Shown piece after piece: positions 49,353 to 58,776 of a stretch of 64,000 nucleotides of DNA (position 1 is the stretch's first letter; each line of letters opens with the position of its first letter). The DNA comes from an uncultured Gemmatimonadales bacterium. GTDB lineage: Bacteria > Gemmatimonadota > Gemmatimonadetes > Gemmatimonadales > GWC2-71-9. The stretch is taken from the NCBI GenBank assembly GCA_963821525.1, contig CAWGED010000005.1:64001-128000 (forward strand), written 5' to 3'. Made by a program: the position numbers and the translations under genes. The notes under the pieces were generated by a model that saw only the letters and a list, made by a program, of their open reading frames with translations, was not told the DNA's origin and did no database searches.

Positions 49353-50553
49353 GCTCGCCCTGGGTGTTGCCGTGTTGCTGGTGCTCGCTGTCCTGGCGGC
49401 TGGCCTGGGACAGCGCAGCAACCGTACTCCCTCCCAGGATTTTCGGCGATCGACCTATCTCGCGGGTCCCCACGGCGCCCGAGCCGTGGCCGACGGCCTC
49501 CGCCGGCTCGGGGTCCAGGTCAAACAATACCGTCGGCGCTCGCGGGAGCTGATCAATCTCGAGACTCCGCCCGATCGCTACGCGCTCGCGGTCCTGGACC
49601 CGAGCGAAAGCATTCGCCCCGGTGAGCTGGACGATTTTCTGGAGCTGGGGGAGCGAGTTGACCTGGTGCTGGCCGGTCCCGGCGCTGCCCGTCTGATGCG
49701 CTGCTTCGGCTATGCCTACCAGGCGCAATCCGGCGACTCGGTGCAGGCTATCGAGCCGGGCACGACGGTCTCGGAGCGGTCTCCCTGGGTCGACGCCGTG
49801 TTGGGAGCTTCCACCGTGCAAGTTGTCACCGATTCGTCCGGAGCTGGCCGACGCGAGTCTCGCGGCCTGTGGCGTACCGACCGTGGCATTCGCTGAGACC
49901 TTGCTGGTCACCCGAAGCGGCCGGGTCGAGGCTCTCCGGCTTCATCGCGCAGACGTGGACCGTCGGGTGACTCTGGTCGCCGACGGCCATCTCTTCAGCA
50001 ACACTGATTTGCGGAACACGGATGCAGGCCCCTTCGCCCTCGGCCTTGTTCGCGGGCCGGTACGACGCGGTGATGTTCGAAGAATCCCATCATGGCTATC
50101 GCCGCGTCAGGCTCACTCGCCTCGGCCGCGCTGCAATGGAGCAAACGGTCGCCGTGGGGATGGGCCGCGTGGCAGCTCGCGCTGGTGGGACTCATCGCGC
50201 TGCTCTTCGGTGCCGTGCGGTTCGGAGCGCCGCGTCCAGCGATTCCTCGCAAGCGGCGCTCTCCGCTCGAGCACGTGAAGGCCCTGGCCACGGCCCTTGC
50301 CGCGGCTCATGGCCACGATGTAGCAGTCGCGACGATCATCCGGGGGCTTCGCCGCCGCCTCTCTCCCGGTGGACAGTCCGACCCGCGCGCCGACCAGCAG
50401 TGGCTGGAGGCTCTGGAGCAGACTGCCGAGTCTCCGAGGGCGCAGGCCGCGGTGCAAACCCTGAAGCAGGTCACCCGACCAGGGCAGCCCGTCAGCGGGG
50501 TGCTGCTGGCCGCCAACGCCGTGGAGGATGTGTGGGAGGAACTAGGCCGGTGA
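49336..50553 (+). CDS. DUF4350-domain protein, several frameshifts (~49850-50090)
   Basis: STYLAGPHGARA, LFSN, FEESH, RFG...P, RRSPLEHVKALA across frames. Confidence 0.7.
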
Positions 50554-51528
50554 GCCCCGACGATCGTTGCCGAGCATTCCCGGAGCGCGCAGCGAGTCCT
50601 GGACGAGCTGCGCCGAGTGGTGCTTGGGCAGGAAGCGGTACTGCGAGAAACGGTGCTGGCGCTGATCGCGCGAGGGCACGTCCTGCTCGAGGGCGCGCCG
50701 GGTACCGCGAAGACGCTGCTGGTCCGGGTCCTGAGTCAGGTTCTTGGCCTCGAGTTCCGCCGCATCCAGTTCACGCCCGACCTGATGCCATCGGACATCA
50801 CCGGCGTAAACCTGCTCACCGGCCATGGTGAATTCACCTTCCGGCCCGGCCCGCTCTTCGGCGATCTCATCCTGGGTGACGAGATCAACCGGGCGCCGGC
50901 GAAGACTCAAGCGGCGCTGCTCGAGGCAATGCAGGAGCGCAGCGTGACCGTCGATGGAGTCAGCCACGCCCTGAGCCAGAGCTTCACGGTTTTCGCGACC
51001 CAGAATCCGATCGAATTCGAAGGGACCTACCCACTGCCCGAGGCCGAGCTAGACCGGTTCCTGATCAAGAGCCTGCTCAACTACCCATCGGAGGAGGCAG
51101 AGCAGGGGGTGCTGCGGCGAGTTCTCGACGGCTTCGAGGCAGCCGAGCCGTCGAGCTTCGGTGTGACCCGAGTGCTCGACGCGAACGGCCTCGCGCGACT
51201 CCGTGAAGCGGCGCGGTCGATCCGGGTCGAGCCGAGCCTGCAGGCCTATATCACCTCGCTGGTCCGCGCGACCAGGGGCGCCCCCGCCCTGACTCTGGGA
51301 GCGTCACCCCGCGCCAGCGTGGCCTTGCTCAAACTCTCCCAGGCGGCAGCCCTGCTCGATGGCAGAGAGTACGTGGTACCAGATGATGTGAAGATCAACG
51401 CGCCGGCGGTGTTGAGACACCGAATCGCGGTCGCGCCGGAACTCGAGCTGGAGGGAGTCACGGCCGACGCCGCGTTGCGGACGCTGATCGATCGGATCGA
51501 GGCGCCCACGGGAGGGCAGCAGGGCTGA
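50550..51528 (+). CDS. moxR: MoxR-family AAA+ ATPase (frameshift near 5' end)
   Basis: GHVLLEGAPGTAKT, RIQFTPDLMPSD, DEINRAPAKTQAALLEAM, GASPR. Confidence 0.93.
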
Positions 51529-52850
51529 TGGTCCTTCCATCCAAGCGCTGGTTCCTGGTGGCGTCGGTTCTGGCCTTGATTGCGCCGTTGGCGGTGATCT
51601 GGCCTCCGGCGGCGCTGGTACTCCTGGTCTTCGATGCTCTTTGGCTCATTGCTCTTGGAATCGACGCCTCGCGGGTCATGAGCTTCAGGCTGGCCGATCT
51701 GAGCGTAAACCGGATTGCTCCGCCCGCATTCTCGGTCGGACGTCCACTCCCGGTTTCCTATGACTGGCGCCATCCGCTTCATTCTCCGTTGAAAGTGCTG
51801 GTTCGAGAGGAGATTCCTCCGGAACTCGAAATTCGGGGAGATCCCACTCGAGTGCTGGTCATTCCACCAGGGGATGGCCTTAGAGAGACCGTCATGCTCA
51901 ACCCGAGGCACCGGGGAAAGGGCGAAGGAGGGACGCTCGCGCTTCGCATGCTCGCTCCCTGGGGACTCGCCTGGCGACAGGCGACAAAGCAATTGCCTTG
52001 GCGGCCGACAGTGTATCCCAACCTGGTGGGCGCCTCGATGCGCTCCTTGCCGACGCAGGCTCAGCGGCGGCGCGAGGCGGGATTCCGCAACGTCCGACGA
52101 CTCGGCGAGGGGAGAGCGTTCGAGAGCCTGAAGGAGTGGGTGCCGGGCGAGGACACCCGGACCATCGACTGGAAGGCGACCGCGCGGCGCGGCAAGGTGA
52201 TGGCGAGGCAGTACGAGGACGAGCGCAGGCAGCAGGTCCTGATCGTGATCGATGCAGGGCGCATGCTCACAGCGGAGGTCGAAGGAGAGCCGCGGCTGGA
52301 GAGCGTGGTGCGCGCCGCCCTTCACCTCGCGCATAGCGCGGTGGACCATGACGACAACATCGGACTCATGGTGTTCGCTGATGAGGTCCAGCAATTCGTC
52401 CCTCCCGCGCGAGGACGTCGAGCCCTCCGGGCGGTGCTCGATGCTCTGGCCTCGGTCGAGGGGAAGCTGGTGGAACCGAACTATCCCGCGGCATTCGCCT
52501 ATCTCGCCGGCCGCAACCGGAAACGGGCACTCACCGTGCTTTTCACCGACGTCATCGATCGTACCGCGAGCGAATCCCTGGTCGCCCAGGTGGGTACCCT
52601 GCGTCCGCGTCACCTTCCGCTCGCCGTAACGCTGCGAGATCCCGCTCTGGAGAAGCTCGCGGTCCGGCGTCCGGCTACCGTGGGCGTCGCCTACGAGCGA
52701 GCCGCCGCCGAGGACCTGCTTCAGGCGCGAGAGGAGGCACTGGCCGATATGCGGCGGCGAGGGGTTCTCGTGCTGGATGTCCCGCCCAATGGCGCGAGCG
52801 AGGCGGTGGTGGAGCAGTACAACCGGTTGAAACGGCGGGGAGTGTTGTAA
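51528..52850 (+). CDS. DUF58 domain protein
   Basis: FESLKEWVPGEDTRTIDWKATARR, DAGRM, LFTD. Confidence 0.9.
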   Translation: MVLPSKRWFLVASVLALIAPLAVIWPPAALVLLVFDALWLIALGIDASRVMSFRLADLSVNRIAPPAFSVGRPLPVSYDWRHPLHSPLKVLVREEIPPELEIRGDPTRVLVIPPGDGLRETVMLNPRHRGKGEGGTLALRMLAPWGLAWRQATKQLPWRPTVYPNLVGASMRSLPTQAQRRREAGFRNVRRLGEGRAFESLKEWVPGEDTRTIDWKATARRGKVMARQYEDERRQQVLIVIDAGRMLTAEVEGEPRLESVVRAALHLAHSAVDHDDNIGLMVFADEVQQFVPPARGRRALRAVLDALASVEGKLVEPNYPAAFAYLAGRNRKRALTVLFTDVIDRTASESLVAQVGTLRPRHLPLAVTLRDPALEKLAVRRPATVGVAYERAAAEDLLQAREEALADMRRRGVLVLDVPPNGASEAVVEQYNRLKRRGVL

Positions 52851-52995
52851 AAGCGGGGAACAGGGAGACGGGGAACAGGGAACGGGGGTTCCTTGAACAG
52901 GAAACCCTCCGACTGCAATCGGAGGGCTTCCTAAAATCAGTAACTCCTTAATCGGTAACTCCTTTTCACTGTTCACCGTTCCCCGTTCTCCCGCT
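52851..52995. repeat. Inverted heptamer arrays (CGGGGAA/CAGGGAA vs CGTTCCC) around a central hairpin
   Basis: Left ~52854-52889, right ~52963-52995, hairpin AGGAAACCCTCCGA...TCGGAGGGCTTCCT at 52899-52932 between convergent genes. Confidence 0.8.
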
Positions 52996-54130
52996 ACTCA
53001 GGCCACGTCGGCTTCTTTCCCAGGGACCGAACTACCTCACGGTCGAACTGCGCGGAGAGGCATTCGCGAGCGGAGTAGGGTCCGGGAACGTAGGACCGCG
53101 ATTCCACACCGTGCTGGCTCTGCTCGCAGATGTGCCAGTCCTGCCGATTGGTCATGTCCCAGAACGCGATCCCGTCTTCCGGATTGAATTTCGGGTTGTT
53201 GAGCGAATCGGGGTGGAAGAGCCAGTCGCACAGGATCCTGGTGTGCCGCTCGTCGATGGGCCACAGGGTGTGGAACATCACATAGTCGGGATGCAGGCTG
53301 AGGAGCGTGTTCGGGAAGACCGAGTAGTAGTACACCCGGTTCATCTCCTCATCCGGCAGATCCGCAACGTTGATCCCGCAGGCCCGGCCGCTCATGGTCA
53401 TGCTTCCGGTGCCCTCGTTCAACACCATGTAGCCGCCGAGTAGCGGACCCTCGATCAGGTCGTTCTCGCCGCTGGTCGGCGGGGTCAGGGAGGCCAGCAT
53501 GGGGTGTACCGGGGCGCAGTGGTAGCACTCCGAGTAGTTCTGGACCAGAAGCTTCCAGTTGCAGTTCACCTCGTAGACGATCTGGCGCGAGCGCTTGAGG
53601 TTGGGGAGGTTATAGAGGGAGGCGCGCTCGTGGATCGCGTCGAACGATTCGGTCAGCGGTGGAGCCTTGCCGGAGAGGTCAATGAAGAGAAATCCCTCCC
53701 AGGTATCTATCCCGACCCGATGCAACGGATAATTCGCCTTATTGAATCCCTTGATGTCGTGGGTCGAAGGGGCCCCGATGAGGCGGCCATCCAGACCGTA
53801 CGCCCAGAGGTGATAGGGGCAGGTGATTGTCTCGGAGAATTGCCCGCTATGCTCCTCGCAAAGCCGGGTTCCCCGGTGCCGGCAGACGTTGTAATAGGCC
53901 CGGAAGGTTCCGCCTTCGTCCTTGAGGACGATCACACTCTCCCGGCCGACCTCCTGGACGAAGTAATCGCCGGGATTGGGGAGCTGATCGGCACGACCGA
54001 CACAGAGCCAGCGCCGGTAGAAGATGTTTTCCAGTTCCTGGGCGAAGAGCTCGGGCGAGGTGAAATACTCGCGTGGCAGAGTCGTCTGCCCGTCGATATT
54101 GATCTGATTGCGCTTGACGAAAGTGGCCAC
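52994..54130 (-). CDS. Rieske non-heme iron oxygenase alpha subunit (choline monooxygenase/GbcA-like)
   Basis: CRHRG...CPYHLW Rieske site, NYSECYHCAPVH, QDW; GTG start with GAGG RBS. Confidence 0.9.
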   Translation of the reverse strand: MATFVKRNQINIDGQTTLPREYFTSPELFAQELENIFYRRWLCVGRADQLPNPGDYFVQEVGRESVIVLKDEGGTFRAYYNVCRHRGTRLCEEHSGQFSETITCPYHLWAYGLDGRLIGAPSTHDIKGFNKANYPLHRVGIDTWEGFLFIDLSGKAPPLTESFDAIHERASLYNLPNLKRSRQIVYEVNCNWKLLVQNYSECYHCAPVHPMLASLTPPTSGENDLIEGPLLGGYMVLNEGTGSMTMSGRACGINVADLPDEEMNRVYYYSVFPNTLLSLHPDYVMFHTLWPIDERHTRILCDWLFHPDSLNNPKFNPEDGIAFWDMTNRQDWHICEQSQHGVESRSYVPGPYSARECLSAQFDREVVRSLGKKPTWPE

Positions 54131-54140
54131 GGAGATCCTC

Positions 54141-56879
54141 GTGAGCAGTCTGCTGCATAATCTGCCACTGAGGCCGGACTCTGAAAAGGGCGGCCTGGTC
54201 TTCCACCTGATTCCGCACACCCATTGGGATCGGGAGTGGTATCTGCCGCTGGGAGCACTGCGGCCCCGTCTGGTCCGCATGGTGGACGATCTGCTCGACC
54301 GGCTCAATCGGGAGCCAGAGTATCGCAGCTTCTTCCTCGACGGACAGGCCGTGCTGCTGGAGGACTACCTCGCGATCCGCCCTGAGCGACGAGTCGAAGT
54401 CGAAGCGGCGGTGCGGGAGGGCAGGCTCGGCACCGGTCCGTGGTACGTCCTGGCGGATGAGCTGGTGCCTTCCGGCGAGGCTCTGCTGCGGAATTTGCTG
54501 CTCGGCGGCTCGGCGGCTCGGCGGCTCGGCGGTTCGGTGCCGGTCTTGTATTCACCGGACGCGTTTGGGCATCCTGCGGTGCTTCCATCCCTCGGCTTCG
54601 AGTTCGGCATTGAATACGGGGTGGTCTGGCGCGGCATCGCTCCCCGGAAGGCTGGGCGCGATCTCTTCTGGTGGACGGCGCCCGATGGCCGCCCGCTGCT
54701 GGTCTACCACCTTCCGGCTGCCGGATACGAAATCGGCTCGGTGCTGTCGGGTGCCTCGTCCCGGCTCGCGACGGTCTGGAAAGGATTGCGGGAAGAACTG
54801 GTCGCCCGCGCGGCCACGCGGCACGTGGCCGTCTTCATCGGCGCCGATCATCATCATGCCCCTGCCGATCTGGTGTCGATCCGTTCCGGCCTCGCCTCGA
54901 TTGAAGCCGGCAATCAGGTCAGGATCTCGACACTCCAGGAATTCATGGAAGCCGCAGCGGTCGAAGCGGGAGACCTGGCCTGGGTCGCCGGCGAGTTGCG
55001 CGATTCCTACGGATACACCTGGACCCTGCAAGGGACTCAGGGCAATCGTCTCCCCCTTAAGCGCTGGAACTCGGAGCTGGAAAGTCTGCTGGCTCGGCAC
55101 GCGGATCCTCTGGTTGCACTTGCTCTGTGGCGGCGGCTGGATTCGCAGGGTTCGCTCCTGCGACAGGCTTGGCGCGAGCTGGTCCAATGCCAGTTCCACG
55201 ATTCGATCTGCGGTACCTGCAGTGACGACGTGGCGAGATCGCTCGAGGTGCGGTTCGCCGATGTGGAGGCATCGGCCAACGACATTGTTCGTGCGGCGTT
55301 GAATCAAGTGGTCGGCCACGATCCGGATCGAGCCCGGGAGCAACCCGAAGCACGCCGTCCCGCGCTGGTGGTGTGGAACCCGGCGGGTCGAAGGCGCTCC
55401 GGCGTGACGACCGCGGAAATCACCTTCTTCCGGCGCGATGTCCTGGTGGGGCCTCCCGGCCCCCGCAAACCCGCACGGGGTCCCGGCTACAAGTCATTCT
55501 CGCTCCGCAACGCGGCCGGTGAGACGATTCCGGTACAGGCAATCGACGTACAGCAGGGGCTTGAGCGAATCGACGCCCCGCGGCACTACCCCGATCAGGA
55601 TCTGGTGGACGTGGCAATGGTTGCCTTCCGCTCACCGGAGCTGGGCGGAATGGAAACGGCCTTTCTGCACCCGGGTGGTCGCAGTCGTGGGGTGCCACGA
55701 GGGGCGGTGCGAGCAAGCGCCCGGAGCCTTCGCAACGAGGAGCTTGAGGTGAAGGTCTCCCCCGACGGCACCATAGCACTGCACGGACGTCGTGCCACCA
55801 GCCGCTTCGCCGGCCTCCTCGCACTGGAAAGCGGAAGTGACCTCGGTGACACTTACACCTACTGTCCTCCTGCCCGTGACCGGGTGACGCGCCCGCGCGG
55901 CAAGGCTGGTCTGGTCACGCTGGCGAAAGGGCCGTTGCTGGGTGCCTTGTTGATTCAGCAGCGGATGGAGTGCGGCAGGGGGAGCACGCGGGGGAAGGGA
56001 TGGGTCGAGGCCGCTACCACTCTGGAACTCCGTTCGGAAGAGCCCTTCTTGCGACTGATAGTGCACCTCGACAACCAGGCGCGCGACCACCGGCTGCGGC
56101 TTCGGCTGCCCACGGGACTGCGGGGCGTCGAGAGTGTGGCCGGCACCCAGTTCGGAAGTATTCGCCGGCTGCCCGGGTCAATACGAAGCGCCAGGATCGA
56201 GGCACTCCGGGAACGCGGGGGACTCCGCGAGAAACCGGGGGCCACGGATCCGGCACAGCGATACGTCGCGGTGGCGCGGGGGCCTCGTGGACTGGCCTTG
56301 CTCGCTCCCGGCTTCTTCGAGTTTGAACTCACCGGCGACGGCGACCTGGTCCTCACATTACTGAGATCGGTCGGAGAGCTCTCCCGCTCAGACCTCGACT
56401 GCCGTCCCGGTCACGCCGCCTGGCCCATGCCTACGCCCCTCGCGCAATGCCTCGGCAACTCACGGCTCGAGCTGGCATTGGCCCCGATCACGGAACAGGA
56501 CATCGCGGCTCCTTCACGGCTGGAGCGATTGTGGGAGGATGCCTTCGTCGGACTGTCCACCCGTTGGCTCAGGTACTATTGCGGGACCCAGGGTGCGAGG
56601 ACGCCGGGGCTCGACGCCATTGAACTGCAAGGCGACGGTCTCGTGCTTTCGACGCTCAAGCCCGCCGAAAGCGGCGAAGGCATCGTCCTCCGCTGCTTCA
56701 ATGCGCTGGAGTCGGCGGTCGAAGGCGCAATCCTTCTGGGGAGCCCGGCGCGGTCGGCGGCGAGAGTTCGGGCCGACGAATCACATCCGATTCCACTTCC
56801 GCTCGAGAGGGGCGGCCGCCGCATTCCGTTCCGAGCGGAGCCTCGGGCCACCCTGTCGTTCCACCTGAACCCCGCCTGA
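54141..56879 (+). CDS. Glycoside hydrolase family 38 (alpha-mannosidase-like)
   Basis: HTHWDREWY, FFLDGQ, GPWY, PDAFGH, FHDSICGT, DHRLR; start uncertain. Confidence 0.9.
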   Translation: MSSLLHNLPLRPDSEKGGLVFHLIPHTHWDREWYLPLGALRPRLVRMVDDLLDRLNREPEYRSFFLDGQAVLLEDYLAIRPERRVEVEAAVREGRLGTGPWYVLADELVPSGEALLRNLLLGGSAARRLGGSVPVLYSPDAFGHPAVLPSLGFEFGIEYGVVWRGIAPRKAGRDLFWWTAPDGRPLLVYHLPAAGYEIGSVLSGASSRLATVWKGLREELVARAATRHVAVFIGADHHHAPADLVSIRSGLASIEAGNQVRISTLQEFMEAAAVEAGDLAWVAGELRDSYGYTWTLQGTQGNRLPLKRWNSELESLLARHADPLVALALWRRLDSQGSLLRQAWRELVQCQFHDSICGTCSDDVARSLEVRFADVEASANDIVRAALNQVVGHDPDRAREQPEARRPALVVWNPAGRRRSGVTTAEITFFRRDVLVGPPGPRKPARGPGYKSFSLRNAAGETIPVQAIDVQQGLERIDAPRHYPDQDLVDVAMVAFRSPELGGMETAFLHPGGRSRGVPRGAVRASARSLRNEELEVKVSPDGTIALHGRRATSRFAGLLALESGSDLGDTYTYCPPARDRVTRPRGKAGLVTLAKGPLLGALLIQQRMECGRGSTRGKGWVEAATTLELRSEEPFLRLIVHLDNQARDHRLRLRLPTGLRGVESVAGTQFGSIRRLPGSIRSARIEALRERGGLREKPGATDPAQRYVAVARGPRGLALLAPGFFEFELTGDGDLVLTLLRSVGELSRSDLDCRPGHAAWPMPTPLAQCLGNSRLELALAPITEQDIAAPSRLERLWEDAFVGLSTRWLRYYCGTQGARTPGLDAIELQGDGLVLSTLKPAESGEGIVLRCFNALESAVEGAILLGSPARSAARVRADESHPIPLPLERGGRRIPFRAEPRATLSFHLNPA
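54501..54532. repeat. Octamer CTCGGCGG x4 inside GH38 CDS
   Basis: Four perfect tandem copies plus a degenerate fifth (TTCGGTGC). Confidence 0.85.
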
Positions 56880-56921
56880 TCAGGTCTACCCCCTCAGCGT
56901 TCCCCCGATCTGGAGAGCAGA

Positions 56922-57357
56922 ATGCGCATCATGATCGTCTTGGCCCTGAGCACTGTGATGACTTCCGGGATCACGGCTCAACAGAAGGAAGTGCTGAAGG
57001 TCCCAGGCGCGGTCGCCGGCCTCCCATTTTCGCCGGCAATTCGGGTCGGAAACATCATCTATCTCTCGGGGCAGCTCGGGAACAAGATGGGGACCCGGGA
57101 GCTGGTACCCGGAGGGATCGGGGCCGAAACCCGTCAAACGCTGGAGAACATCAAGACGGTTGTGGAAGCAGCGGGCAGTTCGATGGACAAGGTCTTCAAG
57201 TGCACGGTCTTCCTTGCCGACATCGCGGACTACGGGAAGATGAACGAGGTCTATGCCGACCTTCTTCTCCAAGGATCCGCCGACTCGATCGACGATTGCA
57301 GGCAGTGGGTTGGCGTTGGGGGCGAGGGTTGAGATTGAGTGTATGGCCGTACAGTAA
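56922..57357 (+). CDS. RidA/YjgF-family protein with signal peptide, frameshift at ~57260
   Basis: FSPAIRVG, LSGQLG, VFLAD, MNEVY, then PPTRST...VEIECMA in the next frame. Confidence 0.85.
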
Positions 57358-57358
57358 A

Positions 57359-57440
57359 AGCGTGAGAAGTGAGAGGTGAGAAGTGAGAGGGAACAGCCTT
57401 GAGGACGTGAGAAGTGAGAAGGAAAAGCGGAGAAGTGGGA
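57359..57440. repeat. Heptamer array GTGAGAA/GTGAGAG (left arm)
   Basis: ~9 perfect or degenerate units starting right after the RidA stop. Confidence 0.9.
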
Positions 57441-57535
57441 AGGGCGGCGTCCCGCTAACGCGTTATAATTGTTTGCCTGCGGATTACCGGGGTCACTTAG
57501 TAGGCGCTGCTTCGGTGTCCCGATCTTCACGCTGT

Positions 57536-57963
57536 ATGCGCAGATCGACAAGACTCTCCACGCATGGATTGAGGCTCACCGAGTAGTCAACTTGGTCTTC
57601 GATTTCTGCCGAAACCGTCCTGGCGGTCCGTAGGCTAGAGGAGCGGTTTTGACCAGCTGCAGCGAGCATCGCTTTCGCATGTTCAATTGAATATCGCCGA
57701 AGGTTATGCCCGTAGACATCCGAAGCAGTTCCTGAATCGAGCCTCCAGATCGCTTATGGCTCTGCCGAGTTGAAACCACGCGTACTAATGGTGAACTGCT
57801 CCAGACTTCGGCGACGTGGTCTGATCGATGATGGGGCCTGCCCAACAGCGCTGGGGTACTCGAAGCACTCGCGACGGTGCCAGCGAACGTGCTCCGAATA
57901 GGGCCTTCTCGAGCGCGATCCGAGCCCGTCCATCTTACTGACTCACGTCTGCACGCCATCTAG
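57536..57963 (+). pseudogene. Four-helix-bundle protein (23S rRNA IVS protein / Avd-like), multiply frameshifted
   Basis: Fragments KTLHAWIEAHRVVNLVFDFC, DQLQRASLS(H)VQLNIAEGYARRHPKQFLN (57651-), LQIAYGSA (57743-), VET match the family pattern W...QL.RA..S...NIAEG....F...L.IA.GS..E. Confidence 0.8.
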
Positions 57964-57975
57964 CTGCAAACGCTC

Positions 57976-58007
57976 CTTCTCACCTCTCACTTCTCACCTC
58001 TCACGCT
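57976..58007. repeat. Heptamer array CTTCTCA/CCTCTCA (right arm, inverted)
   Basis: Reverse complement AGCGTGAGAGGTGAGAAGTGAGAGGTGAGAAG closely matches 57359-57390. Confidence 0.9.
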
Positions 58008-58776
58008 GTTCCTGTCTCGCCTTAAGGATGACATCCGGCCGGTTAGTCACCATGCCGTTCGCGCCGTTCGCCCACAGTCGGCGGGCTAGCGCGGGATCGT
58101 CTACCGTCCACACATGAACTGAGGCTCCGCGGGCGTGGGCAGCTCGCACGAAGCGTCGAGTCGGGACCGGCAAGAACTTGAAGCGATCGGGAACGGCGAA
58201 ACTGCGGCAGGCAGGGTCGGGCTCGCCCCAGCGGAAATAGAGTCGGGCGATATCGCGCCGCGATGCGCCGAGGTGGAATGGCGGGGCACGAAACGCCTGT
58301 AGCGACCGCCAGTCTGAGCCGGCGAGGACAGCCCGAGCAGCGGCGCCGGTTTCCCGGAGCACCCTCGCAATTGCGTCCTGCGCTCCCGGTTCCTTCACCT
58401 CGATAAGCAGAGGAACGGCTGGAAGATCTTCAATGACCTGGCGCAGCCGCGGAATCCTTACGCCCTTCCCCCGCCACGGATAGTCTCGGCCTGCATCCGG
58501 GGTGAACCGAAAGCCGGCATCCACCTGGTCCAGCTCTTTGAGCGTATGCAGCCGGATAGGGCCGACCGCATCAGTGGTGCGCTCCAAGGTCGGGTCGTGC
58601 AGCACCACGGCCTCGCCATCCCGGGTGACCCGCACGTCGAACTCCAAGGCGTCTGCGCCCTGCTCCAAGGCCAGGTGGAATGAGGCCATGGTGTTCTCCG
58701 GCGCATAGGCGGCCGCGCCCCGATGCCCAATGATGGGTCGGGCGGCGAGATCAAGCAGCAGCGCGGCCGGGTCCAT
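57994..58776 (-). CDS. Glycerophosphodiester phosphodiesterase
   Basis: IGHRG, APENT, EFDV, HDPTLERTT, IEVK, VWTVD. Confidence 0.92.
   Translation of the reverse strand: MDPAALLLDLAARPIIGHRGAAAYAPENTMASFHLALEQGADALEFDVRVTRDGEAVVLHDPTLERTTDAVGPIRLHTLKELDQVDAGFRFTPDAGRDYPWRGKGVRIPRLRQVIEDLPAVPLLIEVKEPGAQDAIARVLRETGAAARAVLAGSDWRSLQAFRAPPFHLGASRRDIARLYFRWGEPDPACRSFAVPDRFKFLPVPTRRFVRAAHARGASVHVWTVDDPALARRLWANGANGMVTNRPDVILKARQEQRER

Noticed and set aside
51246..52976. Long antisense ORFs (e.g. 576 aa here; also 39552..40715, 13707..14858)
   Set aside because: Expected shadows of real genes in high-GC DNA; no motifs
57450..57850. attC-like cores (CGCTAAC, GCCCAAC)
   Set aside because: No properly spaced matching GTTRRRY with an internal palindrome, and no integron integrase in the window
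57576..57959. 127-aa minus-strand ORF
   Set aside because: No recognisable motif; antisense shadow of the four-helix-bundle remnant
57536..57963. Diversity-generating retroelement because of the Avd-like fold
   Set aside because: No reverse transcriptase or template/variable repeat pair seen
35712..58007. Heptamer arrays as CRISPR arrays or IS ends
   Set aside because: No 23-47-bp repeats with unique spacers, no cas or transposase gene, no target-site duplication recognised
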